Shown in pieces: positions 18,624 through 28,520 of a stretch of DNA of 64,000 bases. The notes under the pieces are model-generated. The model ran no database searches, was not told the origin of the DNA, and saw nothing but the letters and a program-made list of their open reading frames with translations. The first letter of the stretch is position 1, and each line of letters opens with the position of its first letter. A program made the position numbers and the translations under genes. Where the stretch lies: the NCBI GenBank assembly GCA_963782055.1, contig CAWAIF010000002.1, forward strand, positions 160,001 through 224,000. Reading direction: 5' to 3'. The DNA is from an uncultured delta proteobacterium. GTDB taxonomy: Bacteria > Myxococcota_A > Polyangia > Polyangiales > Polyangiaceae.

Positions 18624-21608
18624 GTGAAGCGTCTCCGCAACCTTCTCGCGCCGCTCGTCGTCCTCGGGGCGACTGCCCTGGCGATGCCGGCCCGCGCGGC
18701 GGGTGACCCCAATCTGAAGTGGGAGACGATCGAGACGGCCCACTTCCGCGTGGACTACTACTCCGGCGAGCGCGAGATCGCCGAGCGCCTGGCGGATCTC
18801 TCGGAGGCCATCTACGGGCGGCTGGTGCCGGCGGTCGGCTGGCCGCCCAGCGAGAAGGTGGAGCTCTCGGTCACCGACCAGACCGACAGCGCCAACGCCT
18901 TCACCTCCGCGCTGCCCTACGACTCCATCCGCTTCTTCGCCACCGCCCCGGACGACCTCTCCCCGCTCGGCGACGTGGACGACTGGTACGTGGAGCTCGT
19001 CACCCACGAGTTCACCCACATCCTGCACACCGACCACATCCGCGGCATCCCGGCGATCATCAACATGATCCTGGGCAAGACGCTCGCACCCAACCAGGTG
19101 GAGCCGCGGTGGATCCTGGAGGGCCTGGCGGTCTACGAGGAGAGCTCCAAGACGTCCGGCGGGCGCCTGCGCTCCTCCATCTGGAACATGTTCATGCGCG
19201 CCGACGTGCTGGAGAACAACGTCGCCCCGCTGGACGTCTTCTCCAGCAACGTGCGCCGCTGGCCGCAGGGCAACCTCTGGTACCTCTACGGCTCCTTCTT
19301 CATGCAGTGGATCGCCGAGACGTACGGCGAGCAGGCGATCCGCGACATGATCGACGACTACGCCTACCAGCTCATCCCGTACGGCATCAACCGGTCCATC
19401 CGCCGCGCCACCGGCGTCACCTACGAGCAGATGTACCCCGCGTGGGTCGGCACCATGCGCCGCGAGTACCAGGCGCAGGCCGCCGCCATCCGCGCGCGCG
19501 GTCTGCGGGAGGGCACGCGCGTCACCTTCGGCGGGCAGAACGCGCGCACCCCACGCTTCATCCCGCCCAACGCGTGGGCCGGCGCCGGCGGCGACCTCGT
19601 CTACTACCGCGACGACGGCCACCGCACCGCGGGCATGTACCGCGTGCCGCTCCGCCGTCTCCGGACGGGGTACGTCGTCGCCGCCGGCAAGGACTCCGAC
19701 GACGAGCTGCTCGCGCGCACCCTCGGCGGCGGCACCGCGGCCTTCACCCCCGGCGGCGGCGTGGTCTTCGATTCAGTGGAGACCTACAACAACCTCTACG
19801 GCTTCGACGACCTCTTCTACCTCCCGCGCGGCGCGAAGAGCCCCGGCGGCCTGGAGGCCGCGCGGGTGCGCCTCACCCGCGGCTTCCGCGCCACCAGCCC
19901 GGACGTCTCGCCCGACGGCCGGCACGTCGTCTTCGTCTCCAACCACCGCGGCACCAGCTACCTGCAGATGGGCGACCTGGACCTCCCTGCGGGCAAGCTG
20001 CGCAACGTCCACGCCCTGGTCCGCTCCGAGCGCTTCAATCAAGTCTACTCTCCGCGCTTCTCCCCCGACGGCCGCACCGTCGCCTACAGCGTGTGGCTGG
20101 CAGGCGGCTACCGCGACGTGCACCTGGTCGATCTCGCCACCGGCCGCGTCACCGAGGTGACGCACGACCGCGCCCTGGACGGCTCCCCCTGCTTCTCGCC
20201 CGACGGCAAGCTCCTGTACTTCCACTCCGATCGCACCGGCGTGATGAACATCTACGCGTACGACCTCGCGTCGCACGCCCTCGCCGAGGTCACCAACGTC
20301 ATCACTGGCGCCATGCAGCCGGAGGTCTCGCGGGACGGCAAGACCCTCGCGTACCTCGGGTACACGCACGCCGGCTACGACGTCTACCTCATGCCGCTCG
20401 AGCGCTCGCGCTGGCTCCCCGCGGAGCCGTACGCCGAGGATCGGCCGCCGCCGCCGCCGCCGCCGGTGCACCACGCCTATCATCCGCGCCCGTACAACCC
20501 GATCTACACGCTCGTCCCGCGGCACTACACCGCGAACACCCAGCCCGGTGACTTCGGCCAGGAGTTCTCGGTCACCGTGAGCGGCAGCGACATCGCCGGG
20601 CACCACGCCGTCGGCCTCACCCTCGCCACCCAGACCGAGAGGCCCGACCCGCAGGTGGACCTCACCTACACCTACAGCCGCCTCCCCTTCGACCTCTCCT
20701 TGCGCGGCTACCGGTCCATCTCACCCGGCGGCACCTACTCGGTCGGCCCGAGCAAGCAGACGTGGGTGGCCGATGTCCTCGGCGCGCAGTCGAGCCTCTC
20801 CTACAGCATCCGCGGCGCCTTCGCGACGCACGACTTCAACGTCGGCTACAGCGTCAACTCGGTGAGCGGCGATACCAACCTCGGCAAGGACGCCGGCCTC
20901 GACCCGTACGACACCCCACGCATCCCGCAGCGCCTGCTCGCCGGCGTCCTGAGCTTCAACTGGTCCTGGAGCAACGCGCAGCGCTACCTGTGGAGCGTCA
21001 GCGCGGAGAAGGGCTTCTCCCTCTCGGCGGGGATCGACCTCACCCACCCGGTGCTCGGCAGCGACTACCGCGGCTTCCGCACGCACGCCGACCTGGAGGC
21101 GTACTACGCGATGCCGTGGCTGCGGCACCACGTCCTCGCCTTCCACGCCGGCGGCGGCCTGAGCGGCGGCTTCTTCCCCGGCGGCCCCTTCTACGTCGGC
21201 GGGTACGTCGACGTGGCGCCGCTCGATCAGCTCCGCTCCGCCGTCCAGAACGGGAGCTTCCTCACGCAGGGGGGCATCGTCCTGCGCGGCTACCCGGTCG
21301 CGGTCGAGACCGGGGCGTACTACACGCTCCTCAACGCCGAGTACCGCTTCCCCATCGTGAACATCGACCGCGGCCTCTCCACGCTCCCGGTGATGCTCAA
21401 CCGCATCTCGGGCAACGTGTTCGTCGACTACGGGAGCGCGTTCAACACGCCGGAGACGGCGATGTTCAAGACCGGCGTCGGCGCCGAGCTCTGGGTGGAC
21501 CTCACCATCGGCTACTTCCTCTCGCTGTACTTGCGCGGCGGCTACGCGCGCGGCCTGGCGAGCGGGGGGATCGACAAGGTGTATCTGGTCGCCGCGGTGC
21601 CCTACTGA
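18624..21608 (+). CDS. Secreted protein: gluzincin-like peptidase + PD40/TolB propeller + Omp85/BamA-like barrel
   Basis: Signal peptide, HEFTH...WILEGLA, repeated SPDG motifs, LRGY and AEYRFP barrel motifs. Confidence 0.8.
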   Translation: MKRLRNLLAPLVVLGATALAMPARAAGDPNLKWETIETAHFRVDYYSGEREIAERLADLSEAIYGRLVPAVGWPPSEKVELSVTDQTDSANAFTSALPYDSIRFFATAPDDLSPLGDVDDWYVELVTHEFTHILHTDHIRGIPAIINMILGKTLAPNQVEPRWILEGLAVYEESSKTSGGRLRSSIWNMFMRADVLENNVAPLDVFSSNVRRWPQGNLWYLYGSFFMQWIAETYGEQAIRDMIDDYAYQLIPYGINRSIRRATGVTYEQMYPAWVGTMRREYQAQAAAIRARGLREGTRVTFGGQNARTPRFIPPNAWAGAGGDLVYYRDDGHRTAGMYRVPLRRLRTGYVVAAGKDSDDELLARTLGGGTAAFTPGGGVVFDSVETYNNLYGFDDLFYLPRGAKSPGGLEAARVRLTRGFRATSPDVSPDGRHVVFVSNHRGTSYLQMGDLDLPAGKLRNVHALVRSERFNQVYSPRFSPDGRTVAYSVWLAGGYRDVHLVDLATGRVTEVTHDRALDGSPCFSPDGKLLYFHSDRTGVMNIYAYDLASHALAEVTNVITGAMQPEVSRDGKTLAYLGYTHAGYDVYLMPLERSRWLPAEPYAEDRPPPPPPPVHHAYHPRPYNPIYTLVPRHYTANTQPGDFGQEFSVTVSGSDIAGHHAVGLTLATQTERPDPQVDLTYTYSRLPFDLSLRGYRSISPGGTYSVGPSKQTWVADVLGAQSSLSYSIRGAFATHDFNVGYSVNSVSGDTNLGKDAGLDPYDTPRIPQRLLAGVLSFNWSWSNAQRYLWSVSAEKGFSLSAGIDLTHPVLGSDYRGFRTHADLEAYYAMPWLRHHVLAFHAGGGLSGGFFPGGPFYVGGYVDVAPLDQLRSAVQNGSFLTQGGIVLRGYPVAVETGAYYTLLNAEYRFPIVNIDRGLSTLPVMLNRISGNVFVDYGSAFNTPETAMFKTGVGAELWVDLTIGYFLSLYLRGGYARGLASGGIDKVYLVAAVPY

Positions 21609-21628
21609 GAGACGTGCGCCCGCGGCGC

Positions 21629-22114
21629 TCAATCCGCGATGCGGACCGTCGGGAACTGGGCGTGCTGCTCCGGGCCGTCGGGGCGGATCACGTCCACCCG
21701 CTCGCCCAGCACGCCGACGTCACCGTCGGTGCGCTCCTCGCCGTCCAGCAGCCACGCCGTCTTGTAGCGATGCCACGCCTGCTTGATCGTCGTCACGTGC
21801 AGGTCGCCCTCGTCCACGCGATACCACCCCAACCGCACCACCACGTCGGCGCGGTCCGCGCCCTTCATCCGCATGCCGGCGGTCTCCGCGTCGGTCACGC
21901 GGATCGGCCCGCCCCAGAGCCGGTGCCGCTTGGTGAACTCCTTCTGGTAGTTCGGCGCCACGTCCTCGAAGGCGAGCGCCATCCGCCCGAAGCGGGTGTT
22001 CACGTTGAACTCCTCCGTCGTCTGCTGGACGAGCGCGGCGCCGGTGGGCTGATTCAGACACCCCAGGCCGAGCGCGGCCGCGAGGGAGACGAAGACCAAG
22101 CGTGAGGGTCGCAT
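21629..22114 (-). CDS. Hypothetical lipoprotein
   Basis: Lipobox LGLGC after a hydrophobic signal; GC3-rich codons. Confidence 0.65.
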   Translation of the reverse strand: MRPSRLVFVSLAAALGLGCLNQPTGAALVQQTTEEFNVNTRFGRMALAFEDVAPNYQKEFTKRHRLWGGPIRVTDAETAGMRMKGADRADVVVRLGWYRVDEGDLHVTTIKQAWHRYKTAWLLDGEERTDGDVGVLGERVDVIRPDGPEQHAQFPTVRIAD

Positions 22115-22173
22115 GCCTGCAAGCTACCGGCGCGCGTCGCCCCGGCCCACTTTTCGGCGGACCTCGAGGAAGG

Positions 22174-22314
22174 TCAGGCCTTCTTCTTCGTCGGCTTCTT
22201 CACGCCCCGCGCCTTGGCCTTCTCGGTGGCCCGGCGCTTGAGGCGGTCCTTCTTCTTGGCTTGCGCCTTGCGGCGACGCATCTTCTCGGAGGCCCGGCGA
22301 TCGAACTTACCCAT
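22174..22314 (-). CDS. Small highly basic protein (46 aa), absent from the ORF track
   Basis: Read directly: MGKFDRRASEKMRRRKAQAKKKDRLKRRATEKAKARGVKKPTKKKA. Lys codons are consistently AAG. Confidence 0.6.
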   Translation of the reverse strand: MGKFDRRASEKMRRRKAQAKKKDRLKRRATEKAKARGVKKPTKKKA

Positions 22315-22359
22315 GGTGGCGGCGCACCATGCCGGCCTCCCCTCGAGACGTCAAGCCCC

Positions 22360-22608
22360 TCAGCCTGCGCTCTCGGCGACGGCGTCTTCCCGGCCGCGGA
22401 CCTCGAGGCGGTAACGGCTGTTGATCGTCTCGATGTAGAAGACCTCGCGCCCGGCGATGCGCAGCACCCGCTTGACCGGAGTCGTCACGTACTCATGCAT
22501 GCCATCGGGGAACTCGATCACAACGACCGATCCCTTTCGTGGCGCCCGCACGAGGCGGCCCGCCACCGCACGCGAGCCCTTTCCGAGCTTCCGCAGAACG
22601 ACGTCCAC
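22360..22608 (-). CDS. Small hypothetical beta-rich protein (82 aa)
   Basis: GTG start (VDVVLRKLGKG...IETINSRYRLEV); protein-like composition at the 3' end of a long shadow ORF. Confidence 0.6.
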   Translation of the reverse strand: MDVVLRKLGKGSRAVAGRLVRAPRKGSVVVIEFPDGMHEYVTTPVKRVLRIAGREVFYIETINSRYRLEVRGREDAVAESAG

Positions 22609-22851
22609 GCTTCCAATGTAGCATCGCCGCGGCATGCGTCTACAGGTCCATGCACCCGCGGGGCGAGCTTTGTCGGCACAAAGGCCTCCAGTGTGGGACA
22701 CGCGCCCGGAGGCCTGTGCATGATGCACGGATGAGCAGCGGTCACGGCGCCGACCATCCCCTCCGCCGGTCACCCGAGCCTTGTGCCCCTGCCTCCAAGC
22801 CCGGGGCCTCCCGCCTTCTTTTGTGCGCGAAAGTCGGGTAAGGGCCACCCC

Positions 22852-23472
22852 ATGGCGCACGCCTCCCATGTCGATCGCGAGCACGGCGAGCACCTGGGGC
22901 AACCCCGGGCGCGGGACGGGCGGCAGGGCTGCGTCGAGGTGGTGTGCGGCTCCATGTTCAGCGGCAAGACCGAGGAGCTCATTCGGCGCATGAAACGCGC
23001 GCGCCTGGCGCGCCTGCCCATCGTCGTCTTCAAGCCGCGTGTCGACAACCGCTACGACGAGGTGAAGGTCGTCACGCACGAGGGCATCGGCACCGACGCC
23101 GTGCCCGTCGGCGGCGCGAAGGAGATCACCGGCCTCGTCGGGCCCAACGTCGCGGTCGTCGGCATCGACGAGGTGCAGTTCTTCGAGCCGGACCTGGTGG
23201 ATGTGGTGGAGGACCTCGCCAACCGCGGCGTGCGGGTCATCTGCGCGGGGCTGGATCAGGACTACCGCGGGCAGCCCTTCGGGCCCATGCCGGCGCTCAT
23301 GGCCATCGCCGAGTACGTGACCAAGCTGCACGCGGTCTGCGCGCGGTGCGGCGGCGAGGCGTCGCGCTCGCAGCGGCTGGTCGCGGCGGAGGCGCAGCTC
23401 TTCGTGGGCGGGGCCGCCGCCTACGAGGCCCGCTGCCGCCGCTGCTTCGTCGACCACCCCGTGGAGGCGTGA
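22852..23472 (+). CDS. tdk: Thymidine kinase (type II)
   Basis: GSMFSGKTEELI P-loop, IDEVQF, AGLDQDYRGQPF, CxxC...YEARCRRC. Confidence 0.95.
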   Translation: MAHASHVDREHGEHLGQPRARDGRQGCVEVVCGSMFSGKTEELIRRMKRARLARLPIVVFKPRVDNRYDEVKVVTHEGIGTDAVPVGGAKEITGLVGPNVAVVGIDEVQFFEPDLVDVVEDLANRGVRVICAGLDQDYRGQPFGPMPALMAIAEYVTKLHAVCARCGGEASRSQRLVAAEAQLFVGGAAAYEARCRRCFVDHPVEA

Positions 23473-23473
23473 G

Positions 23474-24814
23474 CTACTTGCGCCGGTGCGCGCCGTGGCG
23501 CGATCCGGAGCGCTTCGACCTCGGCTTCTGGTGCGAGGTATGGTGGGCGTCGCGCTCGCCGCGGAAGTAGTCGCGGAGCATCTCCCGGGCGACGACGTTG
23601 GCCTTCACGTGCCAGAGCGGGTGGTTGACGACCAGCACCGCGATGGCCACCTGCTTCTCACCGGCCTTCGGGTGGACCGGGGCAAAGCCGGTGAACCAGG
23701 AGTACAGGTGCTGCCGATCGGGGTCGGTCAGCGTGCCCGTCTTGCCCGCGGCGATGACACCGGCGGGCAGGTAGGGCGTGCGGTGCGCGTCGTGGAAGGC
23801 GCGGTAGCTCGTCCCCTCGCTGACGGTGCGCTCCATCATGCGCGTCAGCGCGGCGGCGGTCTGGGGGGAGGTCACGCGGCGGCCTGTCGGGCCCGGCGCC
23901 TCCCACACCTTCGAGCCGCCCGGGTCGTCCAGCTCGCGCACCACGAAGGGGCGCATCTGCTCGCCGCCGTTGGCCACGGTCGCGCTGATGAGCGCGGCCT
24001 GCAGCGGGGTGAGCGTGGAGTTCCAGAACCCGGCGGACGTCCGCGCGAAGCCGAGCGGGTCCTCCGGCACGTGGACCGCGCTCTGCTGCACCGTCACGTC
24101 GAAGGAGGGCGCGCCGCCGTACCCGTACGACTTTGCGGTCTCGGTCTCGATCGCGGGCGTGAGGTCGCGCGAGGCGAGCCGGGCGAACACCGCGTTGGTG
24201 CTGTGACCGAGCGCCTTGGCGATGGAGACGCACCACTTGTCGCGGTGCGGGTCCACCACCAGGTCGCGCTGCGTGATGCGCTGGCTCCCCCCGCCCGCGT
24301 AGCACTCGCGCGTGTCCGGCCCGAGCTTCGCGTGGTCGACGAGCGCCGTCGCCGTCACGATCTTGAACACGCTCGCCGAGGGGGCCCGCGCCTCCGCGCA
24401 GATGTCCCGCGCGCGCCCCGACTGCACGTGGCTCGCGTAGACGAGCAGCGCGCCGGTCTTGGGGTCGATCATGACGATGGCCGCCTCGGGCAGGCGGTGC
24501 GCGCGCATGAGGCGCTCCGCCGCGTGCTGCAGCCGTGCGTCCAGGGTGAGCTTGGCGACGCGGTTGCCCGCGTCGGCGGTGGCGCCGTCATCGCTCAGGT
24601 GCACGTGCACCAGGTCCAGCCCGGCGAAGGGAGGTCCGGCGACCGCGGCGGGCCTCTTCGCCGCGACGGGCGCCACCTTGACCGCGGCCGGGGCCTCCAC
24701 CTTCATCGCGAGCGCGGTCTGGGCCGCCGCCGCGCGCGGGGAGAAGTGCCGCAGCAAGCTCACGCTCCCGGTGATGAGCGCGAACGCAGAAAACCCAACC
24801 AGCCAGCGCCGCAT
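23474..24814 (-). CDS. Penicillin-binding transpeptidase-domain protein
   Basis: SVFK (SxxK), STN (SxN) and KTGT motifs; N-terminal anchor. Confidence 0.88.
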   Translation of the reverse strand: MRRWLVGFSAFALITGSVSLLRHFSPRAAAAQTALAMKVEAPAAVKVAPVAAKRPAAVAGPPFAGLDLVHVHLSDDGATADAGNRVAKLTLDARLQHAAERLMRAHRLPEAAIVMIDPKTGALLVYASHVQSGRARDICAEARAPSASVFKIVTATALVDHAKLGPDTRECYAGGGSQRITQRDLVVDPHRDKWCVSIAKALGHSTNAVFARLASRDLTPAIETETAKSYGYGGAPSFDVTVQQSAVHVPEDPLGFARTSAGFWNSTLTPLQAALISATVANGGEQMRPFVVRELDDPGGSKVWEAPGPTGRRVTSPQTAAALTRMMERTVSEGTSYRAFHDAHRTPYLPAGVIAAGKTGTLTDPDRQHLYSWFTGFAPVHPKAGEKQVAIAVLVVNHPLWHVKANVVAREMLRDYFRGERDAHHTSHQKPRSKRSGSRHGAHRRK

Positions 24815-24885
24815 GCTCTCTTCGATGGCACACGCGGCGCGAAAGGGACAAACAAACGGCGCAAGGGCTCGTCTAAGCTTTCCCC

Positions 24886-27354
24886 ATGATCGCAGGCCCC
24901 AACCGCCACCTCGCCCTCCTCCTCGGCGCCGGCGCGCTCGCGCTCTCGCCGCGCGTCGCCCACGCGGCGAGCACGGCCTCCTCGCCCGCGGGCGGCGGCC
25001 TGCAAGCGGTCACGGCGAGCGTCGACACGGCCCACGCGCGCCTGGCCTACGGCACGTGCGCGGCCGCGCCGTGCGCGACGAGCGCCGGCGTGCCCGTCGA
25101 CCTCGGCGGTCAGCCCATCGCCCGCGGCGGCGCGCAGGTGCACGACGTCTCCGTCGGCCGCGGGCGGCACGCGCTCTGGGTCCACGTCGCCGCGGCGGAC
25201 GGCGAGCACACGTGGGACGCCGTGCTCGTCGGCGACAAGGCGTCGCCCGTGCGCTTCGCTGGCGCCGCCGGGCGTCGCGCGGGCCAGAGCGGTGACATGG
25301 ACGGCGAAGCCGTGGAGGTCATCGCCGGCAACGGGATGAGCTTCATCGCCAAGGGAGCCGTCAGCGACGACATCCGCCTCTGCGGGCAGAAGCGCACGCT
25401 GCTCCGGACCAGCGTCCTCGACGCGAAGACGATGCAGTGGCACGTCGCGAGCATCCAGCGCGTCCCCGCCGCCCAGCAGGCGAAGGCGAAGCGCGTCGTC
25501 GCGGTGGCGCGCACCACGCCCGCGCCCCGGCCCCTCGCCCAGCTGCTGGCGACGCACGCCGCCAGCAGCAGCGATCACGGGTCCCCCGGCGCCATCGCCG
25601 ACATGAACCCCGCGACGACGTGGAGCGAGGGCAAGACCAGCGCGGGTCGCGGCGAGTTCGTCCTCTTTCGCACCCCGCGGGAGGTGCCCATCGCCCGCCT
25701 GGCGATCACCGTGGCGCCGCCCCCGCCCGCCGGCGACGCCCCGCCGTCGCAGCCGACGAAGGGCGGCGCGGCGCCGAAGAGCTTCTTCCTGGTGACCGAC
25801 GACGAGACCTACGCGGTCACCATGCCCGAGGACGCGTGGCAGCACCCCGGCGCGTCGTACGACATCCCGCTGCAGGAGCCCCTCCGCGCCTCGTGCCTGG
25901 CGCTGGTGCTGGACGACGCCTACGCCCGCGGCAACGCGTCGCCGGTGGTCACCGTCGCCGAGCTCTCCGCGTACAGCTCCTTCGATGTCTCCGGCGCCAC
26001 GATGGAGACGGTGGCGCGCACGCTGGACGGCTCCGGCGGCCGCCTCGCCGACGCGGCGGAGAAGATCCTGGACCGGGTGGGCGACGCGGCGATGCCCGCC
26101 GTCGCCGCGGCCTACGCGAAGCTGGACCCGTCCGGACGGGAGCGCGCGGTGAACGTGGCCAGCTCCGCCTCGTGCGGTCCCGCGCCCACCCAGGTCTTCC
26201 TCCGCGCCCTGTGCGACGCCGACACGCGGGTGGAGCACAAGGCGGAGAACGCGCTGCAGGTGTGCGGGCACCGCGCGCAGATCGTCACCGCCGTGAAGGC
26301 CGCGCCCGACGTGGCGTGCCCCAAGGTGTTCACCTACCTCGCCCTGCTCGGTCGCAGCGGCGCGCTCGACGTGCTGGCGGACCGCCTGGCGAAGAAGGAC
26401 AAGGTCGCCGCCCGCACCGCCTTCGCCACCGCCGCGCGCGACGCGACGCCCGAGCGGCTGACGGCGCTGGTGGCCGACACCGCGCGCGCCCCCGCCGTGA
26501 AGCTGGAGATGCTGCGCGCCCTCGGCCCGCGCGTCGCCGAGATCGCGCCGGAGGCGCTGCGCCAGCTCGACGCGATGCTCGCGGGCTCGCCCACCCTCGC
26601 GACGCGCTACCTCGCGCTGGGGCCGCTGGCCCAGCTCGCCGCCGCCGGCGACGCCCCCGCACGCGATCGCGTGGCGCGCATGCTCGCGTCCGACCCCGAC
26701 TGGCCGGTGCGCGCGCACGCGGCGGAGGTCGCGCGCCGGGTGCCGTCGCTCCAGGCCGGCGTCGTCGCCGCGGCGGGCGACCCGCAGCCGCGCGTGCGGA
26801 TGGCGGCGCTCGACTCCTCCGCCGAGCTGCGCAGCGCGGCCGTCGTGGCGCGCGCCGCCCCGCTCCTCGCGCACGATCCCTGGACCTTCGTCCGCGTCTC
26901 CGCCGCGCGCGCGCTTGGCGCGGGGCCGGCCTCGCCGGCCGCGGACGGGGCGCTCGCCGCCGCGCTGAAGGGCGACGCCTCCCCGGAGGTTCGCGGCACC
27001 GCCGTCGACGCCCTCGCCGGTCACCGCGCGCGCGCCTACGCCGGCGCGGTGCGCGATTGCCTGGACGACGAGGACGAGACCATCGCCGTCCGCGAGGCCG
27101 CGGCCCGCGCCCTCGGCGCCATGTGCGCCGTGGAGTCGGTCGACCGCCTCACCGAGCTCGCCCACGCCGCGGCCCAGCCGCTCGCGGCTGACGCCGACGC
27201 GCTCGTCCTCGGCCTCGCCGCGCTGGAGGCGCTCGGGCAGCTCCACCCCGCCGACCTCGCCTCCCGCCTCGCCCCCCTGCGCGGCAAGAACGTGCGCGAC
27301 GCCGTGCGCGCCGCCGCCGAGCGCGCCCTGGTCACGCGCGGCCGCTGCCACTAA
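24886..27354 (+). CDS. Secreted HEAT-repeat protein with central discoidin-like beta domain
   Basis: Signal peptide, ADMNPATTWSE discoidin-like motif, C-terminal VRxxAAxALG repeats. Confidence 0.7.
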   Translation: MIAGPNRHLALLLGAGALALSPRVAHAASTASSPAGGGLQAVTASVDTAHARLAYGTCAAAPCATSAGVPVDLGGQPIARGGAQVHDVSVGRGRHALWVHVAAADGEHTWDAVLVGDKASPVRFAGAAGRRAGQSGDMDGEAVEVIAGNGMSFIAKGAVSDDIRLCGQKRTLLRTSVLDAKTMQWHVASIQRVPAAQQAKAKRVVAVARTTPAPRPLAQLLATHAASSSDHGSPGAIADMNPATTWSEGKTSAGRGEFVLFRTPREVPIARLAITVAPPPPAGDAPPSQPTKGGAAPKSFFLVTDDETYAVTMPEDAWQHPGASYDIPLQEPLRASCLALVLDDAYARGNASPVVTVAELSAYSSFDVSGATMETVARTLDGSGGRLADAAEKILDRVGDAAMPAVAAAYAKLDPSGRERAVNVASSASCGPAPTQVFLRALCDADTRVEHKAENALQVCGHRAQIVTAVKAAPDVACPKVFTYLALLGRSGALDVLADRLAKKDKVAARTAFATAARDATPERLTALVADTARAPAVKLEMLRALGPRVAEIAPEALRQLDAMLAGSPTLATRYLALGPLAQLAAAGDAPARDRVARMLASDPDWPVRAHAAEVARRVPSLQAGVVAAAGDPQPRVRMAALDSSAELRSAAVVARAAPLLAHDPWTFVRVSAARALGAGPASPAADGALAAALKGDASPEVRGTAVDALAGHRARAYAGAVRDCLDDEDETIAVREAAARALGAMCAVESVDRLTELAHAAAQPLAADADALVLGLAALEALGQLHPADLASRLAPLRGKNVRDAVRAAAERALVTRGRCH

Positions 27355-27364
27355 CGTCCGGCCC

Positions 27365-27802
27365 ATGTCGATCACCCACCTCACGCCGGCCGAGGCGGCC
27401 GCGAAGATGAAGGACGGTTACAGCTACGTCGACGTGCGGACCGAGGCCGAGTTCGCCGAGGGGCACCCGCACGGCGCCCTCAACGTGCCCATCACCTTCT
27501 CCTCGCCGGGCGGCATGGTCCACAACGCCGACTTCCTGCCCGCCATGCGCGTCCTCTTCCCCGACCTCACCGCCGCCCAGCTCATCCTGGGCTGCCGCTC
27601 CGGTCGCCGGTCCATGCGCGCGGCGGAGGAGCTGTTGCGTGCAGGATACACACATGTCTTCGAGCAGAGCGCCGGCTGGGACGGCGCCCGCGATGCCTTC
27701 GGTCAGATCACCGAGCCTGGCTGGTCTCGCGCCGGCCTCCCCGTCGACTCCGGGGACCCCGAGCACCGCTCGTGGGCGGCGATCAAGAAGCGCATCGCCT
27801 GA
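27365..27802 (+). CDS. Rhodanese-like domain protein
   Basis: DVRTEAEFAEGH, ALNVP, CRSGRRS. Confidence 0.9.
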   Translation: MSITHLTPAEAAAKMKDGYSYVDVRTEAEFAEGHPHGALNVPITFSSPGGMVHNADFLPAMRVLFPDLTAAQLILGCRSGRRSMRAAEELLRAGYTHVFEQSAGWDGARDAFGQITEPGWSRAGLPVDSGDPEHRSWAAIKKRIA

Positions 27803-27826
27803 GCGGCCGCCCCCTCGCGCCGGACC

Positions 27827-28471
27827 TCACCCGCCGCCGCCCCCGTCGCGCGGCGGCACCGCCCTGCCGGCGGCGCGGTCGTAGTCGTCCGCCGACGCGC
27901 GCACGCTCTCCAGATCGCGGGAGGCCCGCTCGCTCTCAGCGACCAGGTCCGCGGTGAAGAGCGTCAGCCCCCAGATGCCGTTGTCCCGCCGGCGGAAGGA
28001 GTAGTGCGTCCCTCGCGCGGTCACCACGGTGGCGCGCGGCCCCTCGATCTCCACGCTGCGCACGCCGGAGAGGTCCTTGCGCAGCCGCGCGACCCAGCCG
28101 CGCTTCCGCGCCAGCAGGGCGAAGACGTCGGCCCCGTCCGGCGCGTTCGCCTCGGCGGAGTACGCCGCCAGCAGCCCGTCGCGCTCCTTGCCCGGCGGGT
28201 AGCTGCGGCGGATGCGATCGCACGCCTTCCGGCGCATGTCGCGGATGGTGTAGCTCGCCCACCGCCCGTCCTCTTCCAGGAAGGGGAAGGCGCCCTGCGG
28301 GTCGTCCTCCGCGATGGACTTGGCGATGCGCGTGTACGCCCCCGCCGGCGTGTCGACCTTGGGGAAGGGGCGGTAGATCAGCGCGAAGAGCGCGCCCGCC
28401 ACGACCACCAGGGCGACGACGACGAGGCGGCGGCGCTTCTTGCTGGCGGGCGGCGGAGGGGACGCGGTCAA
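27827..28471 (-). CDS. Hypothetical membrane-anchored protein
   Basis: Basic stretch followed by an N-terminal TM helix; GC3-rich codons. Confidence 0.6.
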   Translation of the reverse strand: MTASPPPPASKKRRRLVVVALVVVAGALFALIYRPFPKVDTPAGAYTRIAKSIAEDDPQGAFPFLEEDGRWASYTIRDMRRKACDRIRRSYPPGKERDGLLAAYSAEANAPDGADVFALLARKRGWVARLRKDLSGVRSVEIEGPRATVVTARGTHYSFRRRDNGIWGLTLFTADLVAESERASRDLESVRASADDYDRAAGRAVPPRDGGGGG

Positions 28472-28520
28472 GGCCCACCAGTGCTAGCCCACCTCGCCGC
28501 CTCGGTGCTACAGCCTGCGC

